Virus record (IMG/VR): IMGVR_UViG_3300032095_000036
Span: 1 to 35,503 of that record
DNA from: a virus
Taxonomy: Duplodnaviria; Caudoviricetes
Length of the DNA stretch: 35,503 nt
Strand: one strand, 5' to 3'
Shown in pieces: positions 34,737-35,503 of this stretch (the first letter of the stretch is position 1; every line of letters begins with the position of its first letter). A program made the position numbers and the translations under genes. The notes under the pieces were generated by a model. It was not told where the DNA came from. It made no database searches and worked only from the letters and a program-made list of their open reading frames with translations.

Positions 34737-34881
34737 CGCGCTGGCGGCGCCATGCGTGGTGCCGGACGCCCCGCCGGCGGCCGACTATGACGTCTGGCAG
34801 GACTGGATGGTCGTGGTACTGGCCGCACTTGGCGACTGCGCGGCACGGCACCGAAAGACGGTCGAGGCGTGGCCTAGCTAG
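34636..34881 (+). CDS. Outer-membrane spanin lipoprotein (Rz1-like)
   Basis: Lipobox ISGC, Pro-rich, C...DCAARH; overlaps Rz in another frame. Confidence 0.8.
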   Translation: MRSLCLLIAALTISGCASCPTPSTLPSVPPPLDSALAAPCVVPDAPPAADYDVWQDWMVVVLAALGDCAARHRKTVEAWPS

Positions 34882-35080
34882 CCTCACTCTTGCTCTGACG
34901 GTCCCGAGCGCCGGGCTGCGCGGCGATCAGCTCCTTGCGAACCTCCCAAAAGAGTTGCGCAATTTGCCGACTCGGGCTGATGGTGAGAAATTGGGCGTGC
35001 GGCTGCCTGGAAGCCGAAGCTTTCTGACTGGCGAATACGGCGGCAGCGAGGGATGCGGCAACCTGGTTCACGTCTTCCAT
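34874..35080 (-). CDS. 68-aa hypothetical protein
   Basis: GAGGAGG RBS before ATG 35080; MEDVNQVAASLAAAVF... Confidence 0.6.
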   Translation of the reverse strand: MEDVNQVAASLAAAVFASQKASASRQPHAQFLTISPSRQIAQLFWEVRKELIAAQPGARDRQSKSEAS

Positions 35081-35188
35081 GTCAGTCCTCCTCAATCGTT
35101 GTTGGCTTGGCTGACTGCAAACGAATCGCCAGCCGTCAGCATCGTGGACGAAAGGACCGCGTTCGGCCAACCCCTCTAACGTGCGGTT

Positions 35189-35503
35189 CTAAGTCTGACC
35201 GGCGTCGGAATCCCAGGCGCCATGCACCGGCTCGGCCCGGTAGGCTGCCCAGAACACGTGCGAATGCTTGTGGTGGCGTGCCGTCCTGCGCTCGAAGAAG
35301 ATCCGAACGCGACCTTGGTATTCGGTGTCAACCTCTGCCTCCGCGTGCTCCGGGCCCGTGCGAGTGGGCGGAGGTAGGGTCTGCATCGCCTCGGCGACCT
35401 TGTGGCCGCCGACGTAAGTCAGGATCCCGGCCTTAGCCGTTGCCCGCGGCGTAGGGTTGGAGGAGGGAAGTTGGCAGCCGTTGGCGAGTTTGCTGTTGCC
35501 CAT
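35189..35503 (-). CDS. Hypothetical protein (start uncertain, at the window edge)
   Basis: ORF containing GRVRIFFERRTARHHKHSHVFWAAYRAE. Confidence 0.55.
   Translation of the reverse strand: MGNSKLANGCQLPSSNPTPRATAKAGILTYVGGHKVAEAMQTLPPPTRTGPEHAEAEVDTEYQGRVRIFFERRTARHHKHSHVFWAAYRAEPVHGAWDSDAGQT

Overview
Most of a temperate, lambda/HK97-like siphovirus prophage. The high GC content and gene style suggest a Burkholderiales host, but that is inference. Gene order: start of the leftward early operon (pL); cI/cro switch with five 14-bp TAAAGCATGCTTTA-type operators; a second CI-like HTH gene; rightward early operon (YdaT/CII-like, Ref-like nuclease, antirepressor, C4-type antisense RNA, O/P-like replication genes with iterons, nin-like genes, Q-like antiterminator); pR'/tR'; a structured RNA and a tRNA-Met; HNH, cos and terminase; HK97-type head; lambda-type tail with two extra fibre modules; a moron region; holin, SAR endolysin and spanins. 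No integrase or att site is visible. Best novel candidates: (1) a second, dispersed regulon marked by the palindrome TGCAGA-N4-TCTGCA, found upstream of the second HTH gene and of two distant moron loci; (2) two tandem small membrane peptides ending in IRWW behind a structured leader; (3) a highly structured ~220-nt RNA at the head of the late transcript; (4) a 44-aa insertion in gpL that looks like the missing N-terminus of the adjacent fibre protein. All family assignments are from motif recognition by eye; no database search was run.
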